This document shows positions 51,471-64,000 of a stretch of DNA of 64,000 nucleotides, piece by piece. This DNA is from Vicugna vicugna (taxonomy: Eukaryota): NCBI GenBank assembly GCA_013265495.1, contig MU057724.1, positions 1,813,102-1,877,101 on the forward strand. Reading direction: 5' to 3'. The notes beneath the pieces were generated by a model. That model saw only the letters and a list, made by a program, of their open reading frames with translations, searched no databases and was not told where the DNA came from. The position numbers and the translations under genes were made by a program. Each line of letters opens with the position of its first letter. The stretch's first letter is position 1.

Positions 51471-54400
51471 CTGAAAGTGCAAACACGAGAAAGAGCTGCA
51501 CCGGGGAAAGCAGGTGTGGCGGGGTCCCCACGTGAAGCTGGCAGACAGTAAGTGGTCACTGCCTCAAGCTCCAAGCGAAAGTTCAACACTCGACTGCTTT
51601 CTCAACACTGAACGCCAACCAGAGACTTCAGGTACGTTATCTTCTTTAATTTCCACAGCAGTCAGCAGGCGAGCTGACCAGCCCTGGCCCCCATCTCACG
51701 GACCGGGACACCGAGGCCCAGAAAAGGTAAACAGCTATCCAAGCTCGCAGGTAAGCCCGGGGAATGGAAGCACCAGGCTTCCGACATGCACACCCGAACA
51801 GGGAAGGTGGCAGGCTCTCGTCACCTTGTGCCACTCATGTGGCCCTCACAGTGATGGCCGTGCCTCTAGGGGATGTTTTATAGGGCTTCTTCGATGGTGG
51901 GTTTTTAGGGCTGGGGTGAGTTCCCCGTATCACCCACAGCAAACGCCACCACCCTTTGACCTTGTCATACGTAAGTCCTCAAATCAGCAAACCTGAATTA
52001 AAGTTCAGTCACACGAAGTTTCCTTCTGTCAGCTGGAAACAAGTTCCTCAAGTTTCTTTGAAGAAGAAAGTAAAACTCTTCTCTTCGTGGATTTTCATAG
52101 TTAAAAATTTTTTTTTAGTTTCAAATTCAAGACCAGTCGTGGTGAAAGCAAGTTCACATCAACCAAGAGTAATGATCTGTGCCCTTTTCTCTTAATTACA
52201 GCACAGCCCGATTTTGTTTTGGAGACTGACAAGTGTGTTTCTGTGAAGCTAACCTCACTCAGTTTTATCCAGAGAGGCAACTGACGGACTTGGGCCAAGC
52301 GTGCCCACCCTCTGCTGCACCGGTGAGGACCGGGGCGAAGTGCGGAGAGCCAGCCAAAAGCACTGCGTGTCATCAAACATCTATCTCACTCCTGTAGTAA
52401 CACGATGAACACTAGCAACCACAGAAAAATAAATTATACTCCACGAGATTCAAACGTAAAATGTTCAGTCCAGAAAGGGAGCCACGTGTTGTTCAGAAGG
52501 CCTGGAAGGGTAAACCAGTTGTCTAACTCTGCTTTAAATTAAGATGGGTAGGGAGCAGTGCAGCCATGTTCAGATAGCTTGCTTTCCCCCAAATTCTCCC
52601 ACCACCAAGACCTGGCGATGAGATTATTTAACAGAAAAATCTGAGCTTAGTAAAATGAAAGTCTCTCTTCCCTACCCACAGTTTACTTGAAATGACAAGA
52701 CACAATTTTACCACTTTCCTCACAAAATCTATTCCCTTCTAAATTCTGTTTACTATAAAAATAATACTTAGAGTTTGTAATATGTAATATGTGTTCTCTG
52801 CTATACACATACAGTCTTAGAGGACTCCTAAAAATAAAATGAATTTGGAAGGAGAAAAGTACTCTGAGACCAAAAAAAAAAAAAGTCTGTGACCTCTGCT
52901 CGCCCAGACCATCTTATGGACCTCTAGTACAAATCTCTCATGAATACTAATAGTAAGCAATTTATTCTGTATCATAATATTTTCACATTGTTCTATAAAT
53001 AAGAATGCTTCAGGGCGAGTAATGCAAGTTTGCAAACTGGCTTCTATGGAATATGGAGAATTTCCATTCATGAACAGACGACATGCCATTCTCATCTTAA
53101 GTGACAGTGTCTTCAAAAATTGAATCCTGACACGGATATTATGAATCTGTCTATTATAAAACACCACACTTAACAGTACTTTTAAAAATGTCTTCAGTGA
53201 GATTGTCAGAGTTTGTTAAACCATTGAGAATCCACGTAGCTGACAGTTCTTACAATAAAATATTTAATTTAACTGACAGTCTTATAACAATATCATTCTC
53301 TCCTGGACTAAGCACCCTCTGAGTGCACCGGGCTAAAGCAGACAGACGTTTCAGCAAAGCAAAGAAGACTTTCTGGCAACTTCCTGTTGCCATGTTTCTC
53401 TAACGGATCCTGCAATGCTATACTTCGATACTAAATGCATTTTTTTCCAAGGGACACAGTAAGCCAGCACTGCTCAGCGTCTGATAGCTTTGATTTTTTT
53501 CCCCAAGTACAGCCAGCAAATAACCACTAATCCGATTCAACATTACAGATTCACAGCAATGATTTTATTTGCAGATTCAAGAGAAATGGAACCCACCAAA
53601 AAAGAAAAAGAGAGAGAGATTGTACCTCCTTGTTTTGATGTGTTTGATGGATTGATATCTAAGACACTGACCCAGGAAATGGCTGTCCCACAAATATTAA
53701 ATACACACTAGCAGATGGGACAATTTCACATTGACCAGAGTGAACTTCCCTCCACGCGTGCACGCCCCGGTCACCCGTTCTCTCTCAGAGGCAGTCGGGG
53801 TCACTAGCATCAGAGTTGCCTCATGCATTTGAAAGTTTTCCCACCTGAACACACACCTGGATGGCGGTCCCTTGCAAAAACACCATTTCTCCAGCAAATA
53901 GCCTACCTCTCCAGCTCAAGTTCACCTGCCTTCTGGAGGACACTTTACTTTGAAATGGAAAAACTTTTATGAAATGGCCAAACAGCACACCAGTAGCAGC
54001 GACGGGAGAGCCTGCATCCCTGAGGCAGTCTTTCCAGTGGCAGCAAAACCGCTTCATCCTGACCTACTTGTCGGGAATCGGACTTGCTTGCGTCGCCACG
54101 GTTAGGCGAAGACTGGTTCTACTTTCTCCCTGGGGCTTAATTGCCGGGCTGACTTACCGTGCCTCCTAGTCTTTGTTCTGCCTCTCACGCTGACATCAGG
54201 GAAGCAGTGATGTAGAATGAAGCGGGGTGGGCTGGGGCAGTCCAGTGTTTGTGGCGTGGTGTGGTGTGCAGGGACACCCTGTGATACTCTAGTGAGCTGC
54301 TAAGCTTTTTTTGTAGGCTTTGTGTCATTTACTTAACGACCAATCTCATTAGCTGCCAGGGTACAGTGGGCTGATGCATTTTCTATGTACATACTCTACA

Positions 54401-55588
54401 CAGTGACCCTCAAGGTTGCCGAAGGTCTATTTAATCAGTCAAATGCTGAATATATTTGCAGTAAATCACTAAAAAAAAAAAAGGGAAAAAAAATATGAGA
54501 CTACCGAGGTATCTTACAGGCTTGCTGTTTAAGGGTGGTTTCTCGCAGGTAATAAAATGCATGCATGTTTAGCCCAAACAAGGGTAGAGCAGGCAGGGAT
54601 GAATGAGCAAGTTTGCACCAGTGACCTTAATTTTTAAAAGCAACTTTTTGGAACCAAAGATATTTTCCCTTTGCAAGGAACCCAGGTTTGAAATGGAAGG
54701 TCTGTCCTAGTTTAATCATATTAGCCAAACAAAAAAGAATTGCTTCCTTTTGCAGTTTCTGCTTCCTCCGAAGTCACCCCCTCCCCAGTCCCGCCCCCAC
54801 CCCCGCCCCTCCCCCCGCCCGCCGCCCAGGCGGCCTCCTCGGAACTGGCAAAGTTGCATTTATGCCCTCTTTCAGTTACAAGGTAAAAACCCTTTTAACT
54901 CCTATGAAAAATGAAATGCTGACAGCCCTATGAATGACGACAGCTGTCCATAAGTATCAGGGAGCGTTCTATTGTCCAGCTTGTCCCTGGATAAAACGAA
55001 TACTTTACAGCAGAGGCTGCTCGGCTTGGCTAAAGAGTGTGGGGAGAAGGGGAGGAGGTCACTGGAGATTTCGCACACTAATTTAATCTGGGAAAAGGAC
55101 AGACTCTGCATCTCCCTTGAACAGACTGGCAGCAATCTGGCCCCCACAGAACTATCTCCTCTTGCCTGTGCTCTATTTATTCCTTATCTCTGTTTACCAA
55201 CCGCTAGGTCCCTTTCATTCACACCACGAGGCCGTTTTTCCTACTATCAGTCAGCAGCTGACACTGTGGAAGAGCCTCAGAGGCAAAAAAAAAAAAAGAA
55301 AGAAAAAAGAAAAAAAAAGATCAAAACTAAACCAAAGCTGTATAAACAATGCAAGAGGACAAGTAAATGCATAAACCCCGATTCTTAACCCACCCACAGG
55401 GCGCAGACAGAGCCTTCCCAGCAAATCCAACCAGCCCACCACGGTGAGCTGTGGCCACAGAGACACGTCCAAAACCATTCATGAACTCGCCATCCAAAAA
55501 CGCGGCTACAACGTACGCTGGCCACTGGGGCAGGTCAGGGACGTTATCTCCATCACGATCGATTCACTGGCAACCAGGACCCGTTTAC

Positions 55589-55631
55589 CTCGCCCGAGAA
55601 GGTGAACTACCCACTTCTCAGGGAAACCTCA
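55589..55631 (-). other. ST18: Candidate alternative non-coding ST18 exon (43 nt)
   Basis: Poly-T tract then catttcaatttcag|TGAGG; donor GGCGAG|gtaaac. Confidence 0.4.
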
Positions 55632-58600
55632 CTGAAATTGAAATGCCAGCAGATTGAAAAAAAAAAAAGATGAAATCCACCAGTACGATCATAAGTTAAA
55701 GGGAGTTCAACAACATTAACTTTTCCGAGACCTCCTCATGTTGGTTCAAGTGAAACAATTTGAGAAACTGGGCATCAAATCTCTTTCTTATATAAAGATA
55801 CTAAGTCCAGCCAACTGAATCTTTTTTCCTTGCTTTACCTCCAAGTGACTCACACAGAAGAGGGTTTGTGAAAAGACAGCTTCTCAAAGACAACTTTTTA
55901 CCTTTCGAAGAACTCTGCAGCGTGCAAGTGAAAACAGAGGCTGAAGAAACTAGTTTGAAGCTCAGAAAGAGGAAACAAAACAAGTGTTCTTTGGAACTTG
56001 GCAACTTTTGAGTAAACATGAATTTTGAGTCTGAAATATGCTTTGCTGACATTAATCTTGAGTGCTAAATAAGTTCGGCTATTTCAACAAATGGGAGGCT
56101 GCCACTTAATATAAGTAGCCCAGACAAGACATATCTGAGCTGGGTGTGTGTACATTGTGTGCCTGGGGACACAGCTACCCATAAACACATACACAGAATA
56201 GAAAAGTGTATGATTTCTGATGCTTACAGTTCCCTCGATTAAAAACCGTGACTTATTTTACATTTCCCTGAGTTTTTTTTTAATCACTGAAATGATTGGT
56301 TATTGTCGTAAAAATCAACACCGTATTGACTCAATCACTAAGACCTTTACCAAAAAAGAGAAGACAAAATGTAGCTCATTATCCAGGATGATCAATTGGA
56401 CCAGATTTCAGTTTGTTTTCACCTATATGCATTATGAGCGATGAAGTCTTTACTACTTGGATCCTTTTTTCCAAATGAATTAATGAATTAAATTTATCCT
56501 TTCACCAGCTGCTAGGCAGCAGATGGAGCCATTTCTGAAGCCTTGTTGAGTTCAATCCATACAACTCATTTCCTAGGATTAGCAGTCCAAAGTTTCTTTT
56601 AATGTTTATATACCGCTTGGGATTTTGAATTTCATGATGTTAAACTTTCAATTTAACTATTCTTTTTGCATTTCATATCAAACAATTATGATCTTCTGGA
56701 TTTCTATAGCAGACACGGCAGGTCACATAAGGACAGGAATTAATTTCAAGAGCAATAAAGTCATACACGTTACATTTTTTGACGTTTGTTCGCATTGCCT
56801 GACTACCATGGAAACTATTTGCACTTTGCTTTTATATTAATGTCAGCCTAAAGAATTACATAGTTAATAGCTTGTGATTTTTGTTTCGTAAATCAAAATG
56901 TGTTCATAAATACTTTAAAGCTGCAACCAGAAACATTCATTAACATTATGGAAGTTTAAAGTCTTGCAATTGAGTTATAAGATTAAGCTTGTTACATTAT
57001 CTGCAAATAACTGCTGTATACGCTAAGTTAATTTATCTAATAAGAATTTAATCCTGACCTTTAAAAATGGTAATAAAGCCAATTACAGAGTATGTAGATC
57101 TGCATTTTATAACACAACTTTTTAAAGCGCATGCTACCATGGACAGCTCCTAGCATTTCTATTAGTTAATTTGCACTTAAAACATCTAATTTAAGAAGAA
57201 CCAGGAAACTTTAAATCCTACTGTCTGATGTTGTAGCAGAATAGTAATGGCCACTCTTAAAAGAAAAGTCTCCTTTAAACATAACTAAATTAGAATCTCC
57301 ATAAAAGTTCCAATGTACTTTGAAAGGTTTTAAATACAACTCCCTTATGCTCTCCAAGGTACAGTATATCCAAATTTAAAATGTAAAAGCTTTTAAGCTT
57401 AAAATGATGCTGTTCCCATAACACAAATACAACTAAAAAACAGTGAATCACTCTTGTGTGCAACAGCGATTTCCGCTAATTTGGTACAAGAAATCCATAT
57501 TAATCTAATATTAGAGTAAGCCAAGAAGGCCACAATAATCACCACTGAGTAACTGAATATTTAGAATAAGGAGAAGAGAGATCACTGGTGATCTTAGGTT
57601 ACACGCATCAAAGTAGGATCATATGCAGATGATATTTGCAAGAAAAAAAGTTAGGGAAAGTCTAACGTCAGTTTTATTTCAGACTGTGAATCTGATCATT
57701 CCCGGGAACTTTTTTCCCCTCTAACATAAAGATAGATTACATAGTTACAGTCAAGATTTCTTCATCAATTTTTTCCCCTTGAATTTAGGGGATTTTGCGG
57801 TGCTGGTTAGGGTATAAGACAAGAGTTGGTATAACTTTCCTGACAATAAGCCACTCTCTAAAAAAAAAAATTGAACAAGTTATTTTGCACACTTTGCCTA
57901 TCAGCTGCTTTGTTCTTTGAAACTGAAAAAAAAAAAAAACCCCACTACACGCCTTTAGGAGACATCCATTATCTCCACATGTTTAATAAATGCCTCGTTG
58001 GGATAAAGGAGTATGAGGCAAAAGGCTGTGTATCAAGATATTTGAAATTTTCTGTATCTTTAGTAATATTTCATTGCACTTATCCTTCAGCAAAATTTTG
58101 TTCAAGGCTAGTATTAAGTCTTTCTCATTCTTCCACCTTTTAAAATATCACTCTAACTTTCTGAAGAGTCTCGTGGCACCTGCATTTATCAAAAATTGAA
58201 CTGCATTATTTTTAACTCTAAATATTTAAAAGACAAGATTATAAATACCACACTTATCATTTTAAATTTCTTTGGGACTTTCCACAAACTCTTTCCCTCA
58301 TGTGTAGCAGCCACGACCAGAATTTTGACTTTCCAAAAAGAATATATGAAACATCTTTTTGACATTGGTTGTTCATTTCTAAAAATAACCGATATTGTCA
58401 TGTTGACAGCACACCCTCCCCCCCCCAAAAAAGATCTCTTCTCTCCCAGTGAGATGTCAGATTTGGGATCTCGCTGGTAAATTTTGTGATCTCAGAAATC
58501 ATTTCCACCTGACTTTGTCTCAGAGGAAAAAAGTGTACTGAGTATCATTGCACATCAAATATTCTCCGTTGCAAATTTGCTCGTTTCAAAAATGTATATG

Positions 58601-58829
58601 AACAAAGGCATTACTGATGCAGTGTAAATGCAGTTGCACCAAGACATTTTGTTCTGAAATCCTTATCAACGAAGATACAATCTTTTTTTACCAAAGAAAA
58701 AAGAAAAGAAGAGAGAGAGAGACAGACAGAAACAGCATGTAAAACAGGACCAAGGCTATATCGCAGCAGAAACCAGACACAGAAGTTCAAATAAACATCA
58801 GAAAAGCCAGCTACATGCTTCCAAACTTC

Positions 58830-59360
58830 ACCCTTCAGCGCTCCCAGTTTCTTTCCCCTCCCAGAAACGAAACTACACATTGCGACTTCAGACACGGAAA
58901 CTTACTAAAATTCTGAGCGGCGCCCAGCACGGAGCAAGCACTGGGCGCTTCCAAAGTTTTCGACTTACTTTGTTGTTTGTTTCCCAAACTTCGCTCTCTC
59001 CCCTCCCGGGTGTGCTGCGCGGACGCACTAAAGCTGTTTCTTTGAAAGGTAGTTCCCATGATATGCCATCCAGCGCCTTTGACTGCAGAGAGATAAGCAC
59101 CTGCGTCTGCGCCCCCTCCTTACGTCACACCTCCCTATTCAGACCTCCTCGACAGGACTCGCATTTGCACATCAACAGCCTCGTGCGCATACCCAGATTT
59201 TTTTCGGCGCTGGGCCCAAAACTTTCACTTTAATTTTCATCACATGATTGCTGTGGCATATGTCCTTCCAAACCTCCCATATATCAGTCATCATGCAAAT
59301 GAGATGGAATATCACTCCTCGGCAGCAGATGGCCAGGGATGATAACAATGGCCCGACAGA
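58830..59360 (-). promoter_or_regulatory. CpG-dense candidate alternative promoter/enhancer with possible first-exon donor at 58905
   Basis: Local CpG cluster next to AT-rich sequence. Motifs: CACCTG 59098, TTACGTCA 59120, CATATG 59257, ATGCAAAT 59293, CAGATG 59326, AACAATGG 59344. Minus-strand TTTA|gtaagt. Confidence 0.4.
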
Positions 59361-60785
59361 GGAGATTCAATGTCCCTGACTTTATCGCCACGGCAACAAC
59401 AACCTAAAATATATGTAATGGAAGCGGTGCTTATTAATTTTGCAGGCTCGAGTGTTCTGATTTTGTGACTGAATGGGCTGAGTTAAAAAGGGGGCCGTGT
59501 CCTCCTGCCTCTGGAAGACTATCTATAAAAGCCAGGGACCTGGAAATTATTTTCAGTGACTAAGAAGGCAACAGCCTAGCAATTATTTGAGTAATTAGGT
59601 GTAATTCCTCCCTGTAGGCCTTGTACCCTCCTGCGCTGGCTTCACAGAAGCTCGCGAATTACCCCGGCACAGATACTAAAAAGAAAAGCGCCTCAAGATA
59701 CAGCAGGGGAGCTCGCGGGAGCCCTGTCACTTGGCCTCCACCAGGCTTGGTAAACACGAGCCCCGAGCTATAAGTAAATAGAGGCCCCACTTCACAAACA
59801 CAGACCAATTAAAATGACAAAGGCGACCACACTTCTGGGTGGAGCTTCGCGGAGCTTTCTTGGCCCTGGGCTCCACCACAGAATGGTCTCCAGTCCGCAT
59901 CCCCTGGCGTTTCCGTCCCTTCCCTGTCACGCTGGCCGCGGGCCGCACTCCCCTCCGCAGGCTGTGCCGCCGAGCTCACCAGGGAATTGCTGCCACTTCC
60001 CTCCCAGACTCCCAGGGCTCTGCCTCGCCCTCCTAACGGCATTTGGTAACTAAATGACGGAAGACCCAGTCAGGCCTTCAGAAGGAGCAGCCGCCCACTG
60101 CCAAAAACAAGCGGGTGCTTTTAGGGGGCACGGAAGGACGCAAAATCAAGGGGTAACATCTTGCCTCCAGACACGTGCCTGGAAACGATTTTTCAACCCT
60201 CTTTGCCGTCGTTTCCTCTTAAGCAACTACTTGGTGAGGGCTGAGCTTTTTGTTGGTTTGTGTGTAGGGCTGAACCCCGTAGCAACGTCTGAGAAAGTTT
60301 CAGTCTGTTTTTCAAAGGAAAACCACCATGGCAGTAGCCTCTTACAAGAGCAGGCGACACTCTGTGTCCAGCACAGAAAAAGAAAAAGACAGTAATAAGA
60401 ATGTATCACCGTAGAAGAGAAAAACTACTAAAAAATTTAAAAAGGAATTAAAACCTCCCATCCATTCAATGTTCAACAAACCTCACAGGCACCGTGCCAG
60501 GCTCTCTGCACAGATGAGGAGTGAGAGAAAGGCCCTGAGCGTTCTCCTCCCGCAGGACCGACGGGCCTGCTGGAGACCCTTTCCCCAGCGTTCTCTGCGT
60601 CCCGGTTTCCTGAGAGGGCTCCCCACCCCTTCCCTGGCCCCAGCCTCCCTCCGAGCACACGCCCTCCAAGGGACCTTCAGCACAAGTACCAGACAGCGTC
60701 CCCCGGGCGGCTGCGGTCCTGTCCTCCAAGTCTCTGTGAACCAAAGCAAAGCAGTCTACCGCTCGCTGGAACTGGGTGCAATATA

Positions 60786-61020
60786 TTTTTTTAATTTTTT
60801 TATTGACATGTAGTTGATTTCCAGTGTCAGTTTCAGGTGTCAGTTTCACTTATACATACATACATATTTTTTCTTTTCAGATTCTTTTCCATTTTGGGTT
60901 GTTATGAGAAATTGAATGTAGTTTCTTGTGCTGTACACTAGGTCTTTGTTGCCTGTCTATTCTGTATACAGTGATGTGTGTCTGTTAATCCCCAGCCCCT
61001 AGTTATCCCTCCTCGCCCTC
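60786..61020 (-). mobile_element. L1 3'UTR fragment (cetartiodactyl type)
   Basis: tttttattgacatgtagttgattt...cagattcttttccatt...tgtgctgtacactaggtc...ctgttaatcccc. Confidence 0.85.
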
Positions 61021-61474
61021 ACAACATGAGATTCTTTACAGCTTGACTTCAAGAACAGTTCCACTTCCCATGTGACGACGGGGTGTGTTCGCTCAGGCGT
61101 ACAGTCCTGCCTAGCATGCAGGCTATCAGTGCATCGATGTTTTGCAGGACATTTGACATTGTAAAGAATCTGACGGCCTAGCGCAAAATTTCGTTGTGCA
61201 GTTTAAAGGGAATACTCCAGTGTAAGGATGCATGAGGGGCAGCGAAAGTTCCACCTGAAAACCCCCACAATGGGAGTGCACGGGACTTACACCCACTCTT
61301 GAGAACGCCTTCCTGAGTTACCAGCCTGTCCCTGAGTGAACCATCCGGGATGTCGCGTGTGCAGTGTAGTGATAATGGGAATTCCTGGCTGACAGACCAG
61401 GCACCTGACCGACCTCAGGACTGTAACAGGTACGATGAACACTGAAATGAATAATCCCCTGTTATCGAAAACTT

Positions 61475-63570
61475 TAAAAAAGAGCAGCTTTGTTGAAATA
61501 TAAATGATATACCAAATTCGTTACCCTTTTAAATTACACAATTTAATGATGTTTAGAGCATTCATAGTCGTGCAATCATTACCACAATTCTAGGGCGTTT
61601 TCATCAGCCCCCAAAGACACGCCATAACCATCGGCAGCCACTCCCCATTCCGACCCCTCCCCGCTCAGCCAGCTCCCTCCTCTGAGCCCAGGTAGCCGCT
61701 GGCCTGCTTTCTGCCGCTGGGAACTCACCCTTTAGGGATATTTCGCAGTACTCGTGCACTGCCTTGTCCTTTAGAGCGGCATCTTTCACTTGGCGTGTTC
61801 TCACGTCTCGTCCGTGTTGTGGCGGGGATCGGCACGTTGCCCCGTTTATACGCCCCTTCACCGGCTGATAGAGGCCTGCGAGTCGTGCTGCTCTAGGCAT
61901 TCCTGCGTAAGTTTTTGTGTGGAAGTACGTTTCCATTTCTCCTGGGCATATTCCTTGGAGTGGAATTGCTGGGTCATTTGGGTTAAACCCTACCTTTACC
62001 TGTTTGAGGACTTTCTGAATTGTTTTCCGAAGCAGTGGCACCATTTCACATTCCCCTGAGCAGTGCGTGAGGGTTCGAATTTCTCCACATCTTCACCCGC
62101 ACTGGTTATTATCTATCTTCTTATTTTTATCACCGTCCTCCTGGGGCACGTGAGTGCACGTAAGCAGGTTTGATTTGCATCTCCCTGATGACTAACGACG
62201 TTGAGGATTTCTACATGTGCTTGTTGGTTATTTGATACCCGTTATGGAGAGCTGCGTATTCAGGTCTTCTGCTCATTTTTAAATTGGGTTGTTTGTCTTT
62301 TTATTACTGGGTTGTAGGAATTCTTTACACATCTCTCTCTCTCTCTCTCCTAGATACAAGCCCCTTGTCAGGTACATAAATTTGCAAAACGTTTCTCCTG
62401 CTGTGTGCGTTGTCTTTTTACTTTCTTAATTTTGTCCTTCAAAGCAGAAAGGGCTTTAGTTTCGATGATGCCCAGTTAACCTGTGTTTCACTGATGCTTT
62501 TGCTTTGGTGTCATATCTAAGGAAGAACTGCCAAGTTAAGGTCACAAAGGTTATGTCTGTGCTTCCTTCAAAGGGTTTTGTAGTTTTAGCCTTTGCAGGT
62601 AGGTCTTTGATTCACTTTGAGTTAATTTTCATCTGTGGCATGAGGTAGGGATCCAACTGCATTCTTTTGCCTGTGAATACCCGGTTGTCCAAGTATCTTT
62701 GTTGGAAGGAACATGCTCTCCCTGCTGAGTTGCCTTGGCAGCCTTGTTGCAGTCGATTTACCATGGAGGTGAGGACGCATTTCCAGACTCCATTCTCCTC
62801 TGTTGCTCTTTACGCCAGTGCCTCCCCACCTCGACTACCGCAGCTTTGAAATAAGTTTTGAAATTGGGGCAGCTCTGTCCCCGCACTTTGTTCTTTTCCA
62901 AGACTGTTTTGGCTCGTAGGCAGCCCTTGAACTTCCACATGAAATTCAGGATCAGCTTGTCAACTTCCGCAACGAAGCCAGCAGAGACTCTGACAGCGGC
63001 GGTGCTGGGTCTGCGGAGCGCTTCGGGGAGTGTTGCCACCTTGACGCTGCTGGCGCGTCTCACCCACGGACATGCCTGTTCCTTCACTTAGGCCTTCTTT
63101 CTTTGCTTTCAACGACGTCCTACAGCGTTCAAAGGTTTACACTTCTCCTGTTAAATTTACTCCTAGGTATTTTATTCTTTTTGATACTATTGGAGGTAAC
63201 ATTCTTTTCTTACTTTCATGCTCTGTTAGTTTGTTTATTGTGTAGAAATACAATTGATGCTTACGTTTACGACAAATTCAGTAAGGTTTCAAGTTACAAA
63301 ATAAGTTCTTAGATCTAATCGTTTTTAATGGATCCCTTAGTATTTTCTACGTATGCATCTATCTCCAGCATAATGTCATCTGCAAATGGAAACGGTCTCG
63401 CTGCTTCCTGTCAACATGGACGACTTTTATTTCATTTTCTCACGTAAGTGTCCTGGCCGGAGCCTCCAGTACAGCACAGAGCGGGAAGAGCAGACACCGT
63501 GGCTTTGTTCCTGGTCTCAGAAGGTGAGAATTCAGTCTTCCGTGGGTGTGTGTGATGTTAGCCAATTGTG
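61475..63570 (-). mobile_element. Old L1 (L1MB/MC-type) ORF2 C-terminal region and 3'UTR
   Basis: ORF 62758-63087 reads DKLILNFMWKFKGCLRAKTVLEKNKVRGQSCPNFKTYFKA; ORF 61604-62044 reads NDPAIPLQGICPGEMETYFHTKT; both are L1 ORF2-like. Confidence 0.88.
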
Positions 63571-64000
63571 GAATTTTGAAGCTCAGTTTAAAAACATTTC
63601 AAAAGTTAAAGCCAATTTCTACCTGGCACAGTGAACTGCCCTACATTGGTGTGACTTCCGGAGAGACCGGAAAGAAACCCTCTATGTCCACAATTTCACA
63701 AGCACCTGACGTGGAATTTTCACCACTGCCGCCCCCACAACGAAGGTGTGGCTGGAACCCCGACACAGGGCTCGGGCTGCTGTGGTGGCTCAGAGCCCCA
63801 CAGGGGAGTCAGCGACAGCCTGTCGGGGCTGAGTGACCAGGTGTGCTTTGAAATGTAGGTTCTGGTAGCAAAGGACAACTGGACCCCAGGTTCAGTGATG
63901 TTGTAGGGGCCCATCTCTAGGTTGTCGCCTTCCCTGCCCATGTTGTGAACACGCTCTGCCAAGGTCAGGGGCAGGCAGCCCACCTGAATTCCACCTGCTT

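Larger units (their letters stand above)
1..64000 (-). other. ST18: ST18 transcription unit, partial (5' non-coding exons, first two coding exons and introns)
   Basis: Two minus-strand exons with canonical splice sites encode the ST18 N-terminus. Further minus-strand exon candidates lie upstream. Extent beyond about 59 kb is inferred. Confidence 0.85.

Noticed and set aside
53240..53285. 13-bp direct repeats with spacer (also 41827-41860)
   Set aside because: Only two copies each; local tandem duplications, not CRISPR-like arrays, and the DNA is eukaryotic.
61080..61122. Short SINE-head-like fragment ending cctagcatgca
   Set aside because: Too short and degenerate, with no B-box or tail.

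Overview
Mammalian genomic DNA, most likely a camelid (alpaca/llama/camel), judged by several tRNA-Ala-derived Vic-1-type SINEs and cetartiodactyl-type L1 3' ends. The window lies in the 5' part of ST18 (MYT3/NZF3, C2H2C zinc-finger transcription factor of the MYT1 family) on the minus strand. Two small coding exons (21892-21946 and 19785-19815) splice to give MDAEADDKTLRTRSKGTKVPMESVIQELS, matching the ST18 N-terminus as I recall it. Neither is shown correctly in the ORF track. Upstream (higher coordinates) is a series of candidate non-coding 5' exons and a CpG-rich candidate alternative promoter at about 58.8-59.4 kb. I did not find the next coding exon between 1 and 19784, so it probably lies beyond the left edge. 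The rest is intron with a decayed ERV-L pol/dUTPase fossil, L1, L2, MIR, MLT1, MER5, SINEs and simple repeats. Nearly all listed ORFs are spurious. I see no evidence of a wholly new biological system. The most interesting signals are ST18 5'-end regulation (start codon at the first base of an exon, uORF-rich leader exon, in-frame N-terminal extension, NAGNAG acceptor, possible poison exon) and retrotransposition footprints. Homology calls come from recalled sequences, not from database searches.
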